A stretch of DNA of 64,000 nt. Source: Schmidtea polychroa (lineage: Eukaryota). Made by a program: the position numbers and the translations under genes. The stretch lies in contig CM097885.1 in assembly GCA_044892525.1 (NCBI GenBank), forward strand, positions 14,138,001 through 14,202,000, in the 5' to 3' direction. The notes beneath the pieces were generated by a model. It searched no databases. It worked only from the letters and a program-made list of their open reading frames with translations, and was not told the DNA's origin. Below, piece after piece: positions 47,019-60,800 of this stretch (position 1 is the stretch's first letter; each line of letters opens with the position of its first letter).

Positions 47019-50000
47019 ATAAATACGGCTAAAATTGTCAGAAAAATACGAGTAGCTGTAATTAGAGGTTTGCTTTTAGTATAAATACAAAATCAAAAAT
47101 CAAAAATATATGACCCAAAACATGAGTGTAGGTAGTTGCATAAACAAATTAACGAATTAAAATTAAAAAGTAAATAAGTTAATTTAATATGCAACACGAG
47201 CACTTGCAATCACCGGGGTTTGGCTACCCTGGACAGCGATTGCAAGTGTTCGGTTACTATGAAGGTAGTTGAGGACAGCATGGTAAAAAGAATCACAAAT
47301 ACAAAAAATAACAAAAGATAGTTAATCACTTACGTCCATAGTAATTGAGGGATGGCGTTACTAAAATTCAAAAAAAAAATATGAAAAGAAAAATAAAATA
47401 TAAAATGCTTACTTCAAGATTGGCAAGACAAAACTAACGAAAAGTGGTAAAGCAGAAACTTATATAGAACGCTTATCAGTACAGACTACGTTGACAAACT
47501 ACAGAGTAATTAATTAGAAAGCTTATCAGCACGGCTACGTAAGAAACCACAGGGTAATTAATTATAGAGCCTATCGGTATCGGCTACGTCAAAAACCGCA
47601 GGATAAGAAAAAATTCATTCGGAATATTAATGTTCATCGCAGATACCTTATCAGGCTGAGTAAACAGTCGGTCGGTGCGGGGGAGATTAACTTTTTACCA
47701 TGCTGCGAGCGAAATAAACCAACAAATTATTAATAACAAAAAATTATTTTTAAATCATAATATTAATAATAATAGTAATAATGATGAAAGAAAAAAGAAA
47801 AAAAAATAAAATAAAATAAATAAATTACCTTGCAACTGAGAATAAATTAGGCATATATTCTGCACATAAAAATCGATTTCCGCAATCAATAAAAAAAAAA
47901 AAAAAAAAAAAAAATTTATCAGTGGTTTATCAAAATAAAAGCCCCAGAAAATTCGAGTCACAATGGCTTCCAAAATTCAATATGCGCTCCCTAGAAATAT
48001 TTAAAACCAACCAATTCTGTTATTGGGTTGAGCTAATTTTTGTTCCCGGGTCGATAATAAAATTTGCGGTTGTGTCTGATAAGTAGAATGACTGACCAAT
48101 CAGTTTGAAATATTCATTGGGATGAATTTTGAAGAAAATTGACACACATATACACGCAAGTGCACTCATTTATAGATACACACAAAGAACCCCGATTAAT
48201 GTACAAGTACCGTGAACTACTTAATTGTAAAGACACACACACAGACAGACACACAAGCATGATTCCAACAAATATAATTTAATTTAAAAATTTTTTTTTT
48301 GAAACAACTAAATAACTTTTTATGATTGCAATTTTTTTTATGAATTAATTATTCAAATCAAACTTTATTTTCATCTCAGAGAATTAAATTTTTTTGAGAA
48401 TTTACGTGGATAATAAAATTAAAACAACTTTTGAATGTTAAATGAATATGTAGACCACATAATTTAGCTAATTGAATGTCTTTAATTTGGCCATTTTGCT
48501 TCAATTTCCACTTTTGTATAAAGAAATTATATTAAATCAATTTCACCTTTAATACTTTTTCAGTGTTCTGTACCTCAGAATACTCAAATGAAATACTGTA
48601 CGACACCATTTTTGAGTAATTCACATTTTGCGATTAAATAGTTTCATTTATTTTAATTACCTCCTAATGAAGATTTTTAAGTAAAATAATTTTCACTATG
48701 TTTTCAATTTTTTTTTAAAATAATAATCTAATTAAAATATTTAATATGAATTAATCATGAAACTTAAATTTTTGAAGAAGTTTATGTTTCACGTAGATCA
48801 TCAATTCTTAACATTCCTCAATCATTGCTTCTAACTGCATAGCATTCTGGAACCATATATTCATATCTCTAATAAATTCATCATTTATTCTGAGAGAGGT
48901 TTTAACTACAATAACCTTACCAGACTGTCTTTGGTCTACTCGACCATTTGAAAGATCCTGAAAATGTCTAATATCAGATAATATCTTTAACTGTGTTTCT
49001 GATCAGAATTAAATAATCCTTATATTTCATGCCTTTAATCCTTTAATCCTTCACCGTCGCTGATTGAACGCGAATAATTTGAAAACATATAAATAAAATT
49101 ACGTTTTAATATATATCATTAATATCCTTCACCGTCGCTGATTGAACGCGAATAATTTGAAAACATATAAATAAAATTACGTTTTAATATATATCATTAA
49201 TAAAGTAATAGAGAGACAATTAATGAGAAAAATCAGTTGTGATAAACTGATATAGTTTCAAAATTTCTCCAATAGCAGGAATTATCGAATCGACCAATCG
49301 AATTCGTTTCGGATGACAGAAATATATTCTCTGTGCTGCCTATAAACATACTTGAGCAAAATATTTATCAAAAATCGTATAGAAATTATCGAATCGACCA
49401 ATCGAACTTGAGCAAAATATTGATCAAAAAGATTTTATCATTTTAATAATAAAGAAACAAATTCAATATCAACTTTTTCTAAATGATTTTATTGTTTTGA
49501 CATATTATCAAAGATTTTAGTCCCACGAAATTAGCCTGCCAATTTACAAAAACTGATAAATCTTAAGTTATTACCTGGTAACAAATATAGTCGCTCATTT
49601 CATAACCACTTGGAGTTTCAGTTAATTAATTTTCGGCTTATTTCTGATAAGAATTATGACGCGTAGGCATTATAAACGAGAATCTTAAAAACAATGATTT
49701 ATTTACCATTATTCATTCTTATCAATTTTATTCCAGAAATCACATTAATAATACATAAATTAATCAAAGTCAAAATGTTCTCCATCTATAATGCGGAGAA
49801 CTCGACATTAGTTGCTTATTTTTAGATAACTATTATATTTGGAGTTTATATTAGTTTTCCATATGCAAATTTTAGTTCATTGTTAAGTCTGTTTCCATTC
49901 CCAGACTTTATAAAATTCAGTGACGAAAACAATTGTTTACATGAATATGTTAAACAAAACATTATTAAAAGATAATCTTACAGTGTTATCATTGTAATAA

Positions 50001-50353
50001 GTATCTGGTGAAATTTGATATATATTTTTTTTGATATATAATTTTAAATTAAAAATAATGGCGATTTCAACACTGCCTAAATATATTTAAGTTATTATTA
50101 CCGTTAGGGGGTTTCAATAGGCCAAGATTTCATTTAAATTCAATTAAATCGTTTGATCAATAATTAATAAAAACCACGACCAATTTCATCATTTCTCATA
50201 TTTTTGGGTTATTATTAATGAAATATCAAGGTTTTTATATCTTTCGACATTGGCGAAAACAATTGCTCATTGTAACATTATTTATGTATACTTGGTTAAA
50301 ATTCAACAAAACTTTCCATTAAAACACAAATTTCGAGGACGAAAAGATTTTTT

Positions 50354-50364
50354 AAGGGGGGAGA
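50354..50364 (+). promoter_or_regulatory. Polypurine tract of copy 2
   Basis: AAGGGGGGAGA just upstream of the 3' LTR. Confidence 0.9.
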
Positions 50365-50366
50365 TA

Positions 50367-51407
50367 TGTTGAGGTCCGTAAATTAAAATTGAAAATTTAA
50401 ATAAAATTTAGAATAATAATTCAAATGGAAAGTAAGCGAGGAAAAAAGGCAAATAAAAGCGGGATCGTGCACAGAATCAATAGTAAAGGAAAGTGCGATG
50501 GAAACAGTATTAGAAAATGCAAAAAGCAATTACGAAAGGCGAGAATCCGGAAATCCGAGAAAAATCAATAAATGGAAAAATCATCGAAATCGAATGGGAA
50601 AAACGGGACAGGTATAGATTAGCTAATGGTCAACAAGATGATGGTCAGGGATTTATCAGAAAAGGGTTAGGAAGGGTCGAAAAACATTCAAACGTATGAA
50701 AACAGAAAACGTTAATTAATTAATTAATTGGCTAATGGAAAACCCGAGCCAATGGAGAACCCGAGAGATAAAGGAAACCCGAGCTGGGTAAACAAGAAGA
50801 AAGGCAAACAAAAGGAAGATTTGGGCCCATTAGCTTGACACAATGATTAATGGGAAAAGAGTAAGGAGAAGATAGCGCGCGTAGGAAGACCGGTAGGGCC
50901 ATTAATTATCTGGATTCGTTGGACCATTATGGATGACAGCCGAAGCAAACACGTAGGAGAAAATGTCAAACGAAAGATTGGCTCGGCAATAACCATTTGT
51001 CATCCTGATTTCGAGGAGTATATAAGCAAAGGGAAAATCAGAGAAAATCGGCATTTTGCCTCAGGTAGGTTAAGAAGAATTAGACTGTAGGAAAAGTGGT
51101 AAACGAATTAGGGAAGTAGGGAAAAGAAGAAATAGAATTAAGAATACGGAAAGGCGAAAAGGGATCAAACCAAAGAGAAACCGAGGAAAAAGAGAGTCGA
51201 GATAACTAAAGGATCAAAAGGTGAATATTGTTTGTTTGCAAAGCATCAACGCCGAGCGGAGAATCGTATAAAACTTTGATTGGTAATTGTAGCGTGATAA
51301 TAAATTGTGAACTTGTTGTTTCAATATACGTTGGGTCGTTCATTGTTTTACTTTAAAGAACACCAGGAGTCAGAGAGAACCGACTTGAAATAATCCAAAA
51401 CCCAACA
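50367..51407 (+). repeat. 3' LTR of copy 2 (1041 bp)
   Basis: Matches 30015-31055 except GTAACG vs GTAGCG; no PBS follows. Confidence 0.96.

Positions 51408-51408
<1 letters not shown>

Positions 51409-51492
<84 letters not shown>
51409..51492. repeat. (TAA)n microsatellite abutting the 3' LTR
   Basis: Direct reading. Confidence 0.95.
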
Positions 51493-51494
<2 letters not shown>

Positions 51495-51698
51495 CGTCAT
51501 CAATTTATTGTTTAAGTCTGTGATAGATTGGCATTAATTATTCTAAATGACCAATGAGAAAATGTTGAAATTTCTGTTACTATTTTTAGAAACGCGTTGT
51601 CATTCAATCCACGGTGGAGAATTTGATGCAATTCAGAATCACTATAAATACTCAATGTTTTCTATGATTTTTATTATTCGATTTCAATATTATATTAA

Positions 51699-52327
51699 AT
51701 GGGAATACTTTTGAGTAGATTATACAAATTGCTAAACGAGTTGTCTCAATCTGATCCTCGGAGAATCCTAATGTTGGGACTGGATGCTGCTGGTAAAACC
51801 ACAATTCTGTACAAATTGAAACTCAATGAAACTGTGACAACGATTCCAACAATCGGATTCAATGTGGAGGAAGTTTCAATTGGGAAAGGTTTGAAATTCA
51901 CAATTTGGGATGTGGGAGGTCAAGAAAAGATTCGACAGTTATGGAGACATTACTATACGAATTGTCATGGATTGATTTATGTAGTGGACAGCAATGATGT
52001 GGAAAGGTTGAAGGAATCAAGAGATGAATTATTTACGATTGCTGAATGTGACGAGATGAGAAATGTAAATCTAGATTTCATAGGAAATTGAAATGTTTAA
52101 CATTGATTCAGATTCCAATAGTGGTGATTGCAAACAAACAAGATTTACCAAATGCCATGTCACCAAGTAGAATTGTGGAAGGGTTAGAATTATCGAAACT
52201 GGAGCGCACTCACAAATGGCACCTGCAGGCATGTTGTGCAGTTTCCGGTGATGGACTGTACGAGGCATTGGAAGCAGCAGGGAAATTATCATCAGAATAC
52301 TTGAAGAGTTGTAAATCATTTCAGTAG
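51699..52327 (+). CDS. ARF/ARL-family small GTPase, 193 aa, two exons (51699-52064, 52112-52327)
   Basis: MG N-terminus, [29 protein letters not shown]; 47-nt GT..AG intron joins the two ORFs in frame; AATAAA near 52373. Confidence 0.95.
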
Positions 52328-52521
52328 ATTGTTGGAAAGGTTTTCTGAAGGGAGATTGCGAGACATATTTTCAATAAAATTATTTTTCTGTTTTTTTATT
52401 TTGATTTTGTATTTTAGAATTATATTTGTAAAGATTATTTAAATAAAATTCAGAACGATGCGAATTTGTCAATTAATATTATCACAATTTTATTCATCAA
52501 GCATAATTATTGTAATAAATT

Positions 52522-52730
52522 GGGTATAAGGACAATATCCCCATAACAATATCATCCTGGATAATATACCCTCGGACAATATCCCCGGGCAATTAATTAA
52601 TTTATAATTACTAGTTAATAAACTGCAATGTCTTTATTATTATATTCATACTAAATTATATGCATTATTAACAAGAGTGGGGGGTATTTGTCTAGGAGGA
52701 TATTGTCCGAGGGGATATTGTCCTATACTC
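52522..52730. mobile_element. Short MITE
   Basis: Imperfect TIRs GGGTATAAGGACAATATCCCC / GGGGATATTGTCCTATACTC; repeated GGACAATATCC; AATAAATT on both sides. Confidence 0.8.
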
Positions 52731-53454
52731 AATAAATTGACCATGCATTATTTTATAACATATTTTATTACAACATAATGTTTAAATGAGAAAATAAATA
52801 TTTTACATAAAGGATAAAAATATATTTATTACACATTCTTAGTTAGATCAGACTTGTGTTAGATAATTATATGGGGACAGGAGGCAAAGTTAAGGATCGC
52901 CCCAGGTGGCACATATTCTAGCTACGCCACTGCATTTTTGTATAATTAATTTGCATTAGAATTTTATGCACAGTATTGTTATGCGGAATCAGAAAACTAT
53001 ACAAACTAATTTATTATTTTATTTATAACTTTTTATAATATTGTGATAAAATGACATAATTCATTATTAATTAATAAAGTAAAAACTTAATTTTATTGAA
53101 TAATTCAATTCTACTAATAAATTAATCAGTAGTTAATTATTTTCACATTTTGATTTCGATATATAAATGAATTTTATCACTGAATAATTTATATTTATAT
53201 TTAATTTTCAAAATTTTATGACAGAAATAAAAGAGTTGATTACCTAAAGAATATGATGATGAGATAAAGGGTGGCCCTTGCAAGTAAAACCAATAGTAAT
53301 TCAACTTCATGATAATTGGAGTGTAGATTATCAAAATTATCCCCTAATCAGTAGGATTGATAATATTTATGATTATAATTTTATATTATGAGAGAAATTA
53401 TATTAATGGAATGCAAATATGTAAAATTGAGTAAAAGAGAAAATTTTCAAAAAT

Positions 53455-53541
53455 CGCTGGAAAGGTGGAATCGAACCACTTCGGTGTCAACCGACTACAG
53501 GTTTGAAGCCTGCACCCCGGACCGCCGAGGCTCATCCCAGC
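53455..53541 (-). tRNA. tRNA-Sec (selenocysteine, anticodon UCA)
   Basis: Minus strand GCTGGGATGAGCCTCGGCGGTCCGGGGTGCAGGCTTCAAACCTGTAGTCGGTTGACACCGAAGTGGTTCGATTCCACCTTTCCAGCG: TCA anticodon, long D stem, long variable arm, closely resembles animal tRNA-Sec; TATA-rich stretch ~25-40 nt upstream. Confidence 0.95.
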
Positions 53542-53590
53542 AATTATAAATTTCTAATTCTCTTTTAAATATATTATATATATTTACATT

Positions 53591-56325
53591 TTATTTATAA
53601 TTATTATTGCTGCAAATTATTTTAATCGGCCTTTGAAATTTATTACTACTTCTTTGGCATGATTTATCCATATCTTCATAGTCTCTACAGGAGTGATATT
53701 GAATTTGGCCTTGTAAATTAACACTGTCTCTCTGAGGTGATTGTATATTATCATTGGTTCTCTGGTTACTGATATTCGTTCTGTTAAAACTTTTCTCGCC
53801 ATTACTTTTCACTCATTCCTTTTAGACTACGCCACTCGTTATTTTTGAACCAACATTGACTATTGATATATCCTTCTCTTTGACAATAATCACACTGAAC
53901 TGGGCTAGGACTCCTTCAAATATTATTTTTAAACCAGTATTGGTTTACATGATCAGGCCCGGTTTTAAGCGTTGGCAACATCGGCGACCGCCGACGGCGC
54001 ACTTTTCGAATGCGGCATTTTCTAATTTTTTTTGTCAATTCCAACAAGAAAAATATAATTTGCTGAAAGAAGTTTTACAAAGCAGAAAATAATAAAATCT
54101 TATCTGAGATCACTATTGTGTAAAGATCGTTTAGTTGGTCTAGCCACGATTTCCATAGAAAAAGAAATTGCTGATCAATTAGACATAGAAGATTTGGTTA
54201 AGGATTTTGGAGAATTAAAAGCGAGAAAAATTCACTTTTAATTATTATTTGTTTTGTTATTTGTTATTTTTTATAAACTGGATTTTGTTTAATTTTTCGT
54301 ATTAAAATACAAATATATGTATTAAGTTCAGATATTCAGTGATTTTCTATTTTTTTCAATTTTAAAATTACAACATTTTTTATTTTTGCGGCGGCAAATT
54401 TGCAACTCGCCTACACACAGAAAATTCCTAGAACCGACACACTACCTAATGGACAATTTTTGCCAATGACTACATTGAAGTTACAATGAATTTGGCCTTG
54501 TAAATTAGTCTATCTCTCTGTGGTGATGGTGATGTTGACTGAGATCTGAATCTTGCAAAACAATTTCGAGAGACATGACCTTTCCTTCCACAATTATTGC
54601 ATTGTATATTATCATTGGTTCTTTGGTTACGGATATTCGTTCTGTTAACACTTTTCTCTCCATTACATTTCACCCATTCTGGAAACATTCCTTTTGGACT
54701 ACGCTGCTCGTTATTTTTGAACCAACATTGATTATTGTTATATCCTTTTCTTCGACAATAATCACACTGAACTTGGCTAGGGCTCATTCGAATATTATTT
54801 TAAACCAGTATTGATTTACATTATAGACCATTTTCTAGCAATGACTACATCGAAGTGGTCTTTGTCTTTCCTCATTTGGACGGGCTGTTGGCTTTCTTGG
54901 TTCAAATTTCACTCTGAACTTGGGAAATGGGCTGGTTGGCCTTTAGAGTAAGTTATCACTGACTAGGGCTATTGATCTATCTTTTGGCTCACTGATAGTC
55001 GCAAAGGATTCTGCTTTTGACTGAGTCGTTTTGAGGTTCATTTCGATTCTCATGGCCTTTTTAATTAAGTCATAAAAACTTGTAAAGTTAACAAAACATA
55101 AAGCCCTTTTTATTTCTTTTTTGACTCCTGTCAAAAATTGATCCTGCAATAATTCTTTAACTTGCTTTGCCACTTCTTCGTGATCTGGTTTCAGTTCAAA
55201 TGCTTTCTCTGCAAGAGTAGTTAAATGACATGCAAACTTACTTATCGATTCATCTGGCTTTTGCACTGGACTGTAAACCTTCTGACGCATCATTCTCTTT
55301 ATATCTTCTCCGATCAACTTGGCTGCAAGCGCATATTTTAATCTTGTCCAATCATTTGCTATGGGTCGTTTATCAATCTGTTTCCAGGCCTCTTGTGCTG
55401 CTCTTTTTAGATCTAATGATAGCCGTTGAACCATAGTTGCTTGGCTACATCCATAGGCTGTAACATACATGTAATAATCTATCATGAAATCAAAATATTC
55501 GACTGGATCTCCTCCGTACTGATCGATGGGTAATTTTTAACAACTGGCATAGTCGTTTCCATTGTTCGCTGGAGTAGTAGACACTGAATTTTGCTCTTTG
55601 ACATTTGAGTTACTCGACACCATACTTTCCAATTGTTTTTACTTCTCAGATTGTATAATTTTTCTCGTTGAAATTTTAAAACTTTACAATTTTTAACTTT
55701 ACCTTTTGTTTGAATTTTGAATTGATCTTCAATAATTGTCTTTATAAATTCTCTCGTAATTTCTCACAACTTTATTTCAATAGCTTCTAAATCTCAGTAA
55801 ATTTACGCTTTTATTTCAAATGCACAATTTATTCACTTTCTTATCTTTTAACTACAACAATTTATTTTCACTTTCCCTTATTTCAATATTCCAAATATTT
55901 GACAAAAATATTTTTATTCAATTAGTACTATTTAAATTTTTATTTTTTTACTTCTCTTTTATTTGAACCACAACAATTTATTTCTTTTCTACTTTTTCAA
56001 TTTAATTTCTTTTTAACAACTTTATCTCCAACTTTGTACCTCGACAATAATTTTCAACTTTCAATTAATTTTAGTTTTCCCTCTCCGACATTCTTCACGT
56101 CAATAATAATCAACTCTCAATCGATTTTACTTTTCTCTTTTTATTTTTTCCCGCAATATTCACAGCCGACTTGCATCACGTCACCCTCACCAAAATGTTG
56201 GATTTTATTTTTCATGTAGGTTCCCTCTGACTTTTCGTGTTCTTATTTAAATAAAAAAATCGAAACCCAGCACAGAATAAATTTATTCAATTTCAATCAA
56301 ATTACAATTTGTTACTATATTTATT
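53591..56325 (-). mobile_element. Decayed relative of the central retroelement: LTR 3' end, PBS, leader and gag pseudogene
   Basis: Minus strand ..ATCCAACA TTT TGGTGAGGGTGACGTGAT (LTR end 56196, PBS ~56175-56192); ORF 54943..55485 aligns with Gag (DYYMY..AYG..QA.MVQR..QVKELL.DQF.TGV); Zn knuckles in 54470..54787, duplicated at 53591-53950. Confidence 0.88.
53954..54440 (+). mobile_element. Internally deleted hAT element carrying the C-terminal dimerisation-domain remnant
   Basis: ~54090-54240 reads KIIKSYLRSLLCKDRLVGLATISIEKEIADQLDIEDLVKDFGELKARKIHF*; ends CAGGCCCGGTTTTAAG / CCTAGAACCGAC only loosely inverted. Confidence 0.7.
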
Positions 56326-56617
56326 AAGAAAAATTAAGAATTTTATGTAAAAACCTTTTATTATATTATTTTGTTTACCAGCTTTTCTTTTATACAAATT
56401 TTGACTAGATAGCAGCACGTTTTTATTTCTAAAACATTTACATCATGATCTCATTAAATTGCTCACTATTAACCACCTAAATAAGCATTTTATATATAAT
56501 TTTTAATTAAAAAGATTGTAAATAAATCTGAGTGAATAAATTAAAAAAGGCTTCAGTAAATGATAAAAAAACAAAAATAAAAACATGTATTATAACAAAG
56601 TAACATCAATAACAAGA

Positions 56618-59600
56618 TCAAAATTTAAACTTTTCATCGATTACTGCAAGTTCCTTGGTAAAATGTTTCATCAGTTCTCTTTTGCGCTTTTCTAGGCCAG
56701 CTTCAAATGATTTACTATTTTCTTTTTCTCCTTCAAATAATGCCGTATTCCCTTTCATTACTGATTCTCTAAAATCATGACTTTCCTGGAGGCTTTGCAG
56801 TCGAATGTCAGCACAATCTTGCTTCAAATCAATATCAACTTCATAGAATTGACTTGCTTCCTGAAATGTACTTTTCTCTTCCTCGAATCGCTTCTAAATC
56901 TCTACATCTTTAGGACTTATTGATTCTTGAACCCTACCTTTATCTCGATGAGTTTCTGATCCATGTAATCATTGAGATCGCGATGATGACCAACTTGATC
57001 CGTTAAATTCTGAATGGCTTTACAATGTTCCGCAGATTCCTCCTGCAATGTCAGGCAAATCGTCTCATTTTCATTCAAATTCTTGACAGCTATTCGATTC
57101 TCGAATTCCAACAATTTTATATCACTTTTCTATGAACTAAATAACTTCGGTTTATATCAATTTACCCATACCAAAACTTCAGCGTTCCTTTTTAAATCTT
57201 CGCTTTGTCTTATGTGTTCCTGTAATTCCTCTCGCCTGATTTGGGTCTTCTCTTCAATAACAGATATCAAGTTTGATATATAAGGTCGCAAATGACCATC
57301 GTAATTTAGCAGATATTCGAAATTAAAATCCGTGATTTCTTGACGAATTTCTTCTTTGACTAAGTCTGGGAACTGAAATGAGAGGTAAAAAAAAGTCTAA
57401 GTCTATTTTGAAAGTACGGTGGTCATTTGCCATTATTGTCATTATAGCATCCACAATTAATATTAGCTCCAATAGCTATTGCCAAACATTTTATATCATA
57501 TAAAATATTGATTATTAAATGATAATACAATAATCATTATAATATTATAATAACAAAAGATGAGAGGATTTGGTTATCAAGTCAGTTTTATATAAAATGT
57601 AAGTATGAAAAATACATGAAATTATACAACAGCCAAGATTAGCGAGAAAGTGATGCTAAGGAAGCAGTTAAAATGTGCTATCGATGGAATAAAATTATTG
57701 TGGAATTTTGCCATAAAATAATCTTATCGAAATCTCTATAAATTTTATATAATCTATATTGAATAAATTGTAAGCTGAATTCGATCAGTTATGAATTGTG
57801 AAATTCTGCTCGGCATTCAGTTGCTATTAAAAACGATGAAATATTAAGGCCTAACTGGAACAATTAATCATTTCACAGGCAATTACATGTCAAATTTTAA
57901 TGGGAAAATACAAATACAAGGTTAACAAGAGAAATTTTAAAATGAAGACGCCACTGGGTTAATTGCAGAGATTAAGTTTTGTAAATAAATCTTTTAAATG
58001 ATTGTAAGTACATTATTATTTTTGGGGTTTTTAATTGATATCCCGATATAAATTTGCCATTAGTTGCGACAAACATATCATTTGATTTTATATAGAATTT
58101 ATAATATTCCAATTCTTGCAGATTCTATAAAATTTAGGTAATCAGATATAGAGTAATAGTTTTCCGCATATTTATCGCGATTCTGATTTAGATAAATGAT
58201 TATTGAAATCATTTCTCAACGGGGGCCGCTGTCAACTGCAGGAAGAAGGGAATATATAACAAATTGAATCGATATTAATATAATAAATTGATTTAATAAA
58301 TGATATTTGAATAGTAATATTACTATTTTATACAGATGTAAATACTAGCTGTCTGAATTCAGTCACATTTTCTCAGGTATGAATTACAACTACTTATTGG
58401 ATTAATATCGGATAATATGGTGAATTGTTCTTCCTGCTACTCCAGTTTAATTTCCGTTTATCTTTTTAGTTTTTTGGTTTCTAACTTGTCGATTCTGCTA
58501 GTTCTACTTTTGTCTCAATATTTCATCTCCTTCGATTATTGTTGTTACCATCCTTTACATTTTATTTCTCGAACTCGTCCCCCAACTATTCCTCCCCATC
58601 ACAATCTCATCTGATCTACTCGGAATTGTTTTAATTTCATTATAATTACGCTGAAATATTCTCTCTTCCGTTCTACTCTGAAGCTTCATTGTCCAAACAT
58701 TTATTGTCTCCATATTTTCATGTTTCAGTATATTTGATTTAAAAACCTTCATGTGTTCGCATTTAACAGGAATTTGATCTCTAAGCTCTTGTTCATGTTC
58801 AACCTATTTTTATTGTAAATAATTTTGCTTTACCAGGCCTTATTTGGAGTATATTTTAATTTCCTCCTGCATTCTACTCGATTTTCTTCAAAATAATTCT
58901 TTAAAACGCATTTATATCTTCATGCTTTCATTTTCAGGCCATCATTGGATTCATTTTTTGCATATTCAACAGAAAATATCCTTTTTTATTTCGTACTTTA
59001 ATTATTCCCTTCTAAACATTCCAATGCAAAACTGTTTTGCGTTTTAAATAACTCGTAAACTTTAGCACATCAATTTGAAAGTTGCACCGATATCCCGACA
59101 ACTTTAACCAATTGTTTACACTTCCTAACCTGCTTTTACAATTAGACATTACCATTCTTTCACTGACCATTCGAATATAATTTCCTAGTGATGATTACGA
59201 TCGATTTCCTCAATCGCTCAATAATTAATAAAATATTGATAAAAATAATCAGTGAAATTATTAATAAAAATAATTGATAAATGTTTATTAAAAAATGAAA
59301 AATAAATATTAATAAATAATTAGAAAAGGTTATCAATAAAAATATGGATAAAATGAATCAATAAAATATGGATAAAAAATAATCAATAAAAAAATTAATA
59401 AAATGTAGATTATTATTGAAATAATCAATAAAATATTGATAAAAAATAATCGATTAAGGGCAAATATTATCGAATTTAGGATGCGGCAAAATAAAATCAA
59501 AGTGGCGAGCCAATGAAATCGCGCCAAAATTTCCATCCGTAACGTAAATAATAAATAAAAATACAAATAAACCAATTACAATATTATAAACATCGGCAAA

Positions 59601-60545
59601 TATTTTCTGCAAATGGAATTTCACGTCATCAATCTCGAGCTCCATCGATCGGGTCGTTTGTTTAAATTCTTCCATTTCCAATTTCGATTGCTGCAATTGC
59701 GCTCGCTTTCTCACTAATTTCTCTTGGAAATCCTCGATCTGATTGATTGTGTCCGAGTACCTAGGAAACCGATTCGATAGGAATATCTCAAGCAAATCAA
59801 TATGAAATCATAAATAAATAAAAAATAGATGAGTTATCGTACTTAATTATCGTGATTAATTTAATAATCTATTTATTTATTAATTTACTTAATTTATTAA
59901 TCTATTTACTAATCTATTTATTAATCTATTTACTAATCTATTTATTAATCTATTTAATAATCTATTTATTAATCTAATTTACTCATACGAAAAATATTTT
60001 AAAAATGAATGAAATTAGAAAATGATCCGAGATTAGAAATATTGTAAAACTGGTAAAATATGGATTATCACCCTTTCTCCTCGTATTCACTCCTCTTGGC
60101 AACTAGGAGCGAAATCTCCTTCGTAATAGCATTTGAGCAATTGGTTTCATCTCGGATTTCCATTTGCAGCTTGTGAAGGATTTCCTATAAATGATTCATT
60201 ACGTAAAGGATTCCACCAACCTGATTTCACTTTCAATTTTGAATGCTTTCCATCCTCGGTCTCAATGCATTTGTCAATTCGATTGGATTCCTCGGATATT
60301 TCTCTGATAGTGCATTCAAGCAGTTGAACATTCGTTTGCATCTCTTCGATTTGGTCGACATTCTGAGAGATTTTCATGATTTCACTGCTTGATTTGATGC
60401 CTATTTCGTGTCGAATGGCATCCTGGAGTTCAATTAGATTATTAGCGTTGAATTCAGCGTTTTCAATTGTCCGGTAAATGGAAATCAAAGAATCCAAAAC
60501 GACTTCTGAGCTGATACGATAACTCATAATTCTCGGGAAAAGCAT
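56618..60545 (-). CDS. Paralogous copy of the uncharacterised multi-exon coiled-coil gene
   Basis: ORF pieces nearly identical to those in 12898-16874. Confidence 0.55.
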
Positions 60546-60585
60546 TTTAGGATCGGTCTGAATTTAGCCGGGTCATTTAAAATTT

Positions 60586-60800
<215 letters not shown>

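Larger units (their letters stand above)
30015..51407 (+). mobile_element. Gypsy-order LTR retroelement, copy 2 (LTR to LTR), with nonsense mutation, 3' deletion and 4.9-kb internal tandem duplication
   Basis: Two LTRs with one substitution noticed, PBS, PPT, gag-env-pol ORF. Confidence 0.96.
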
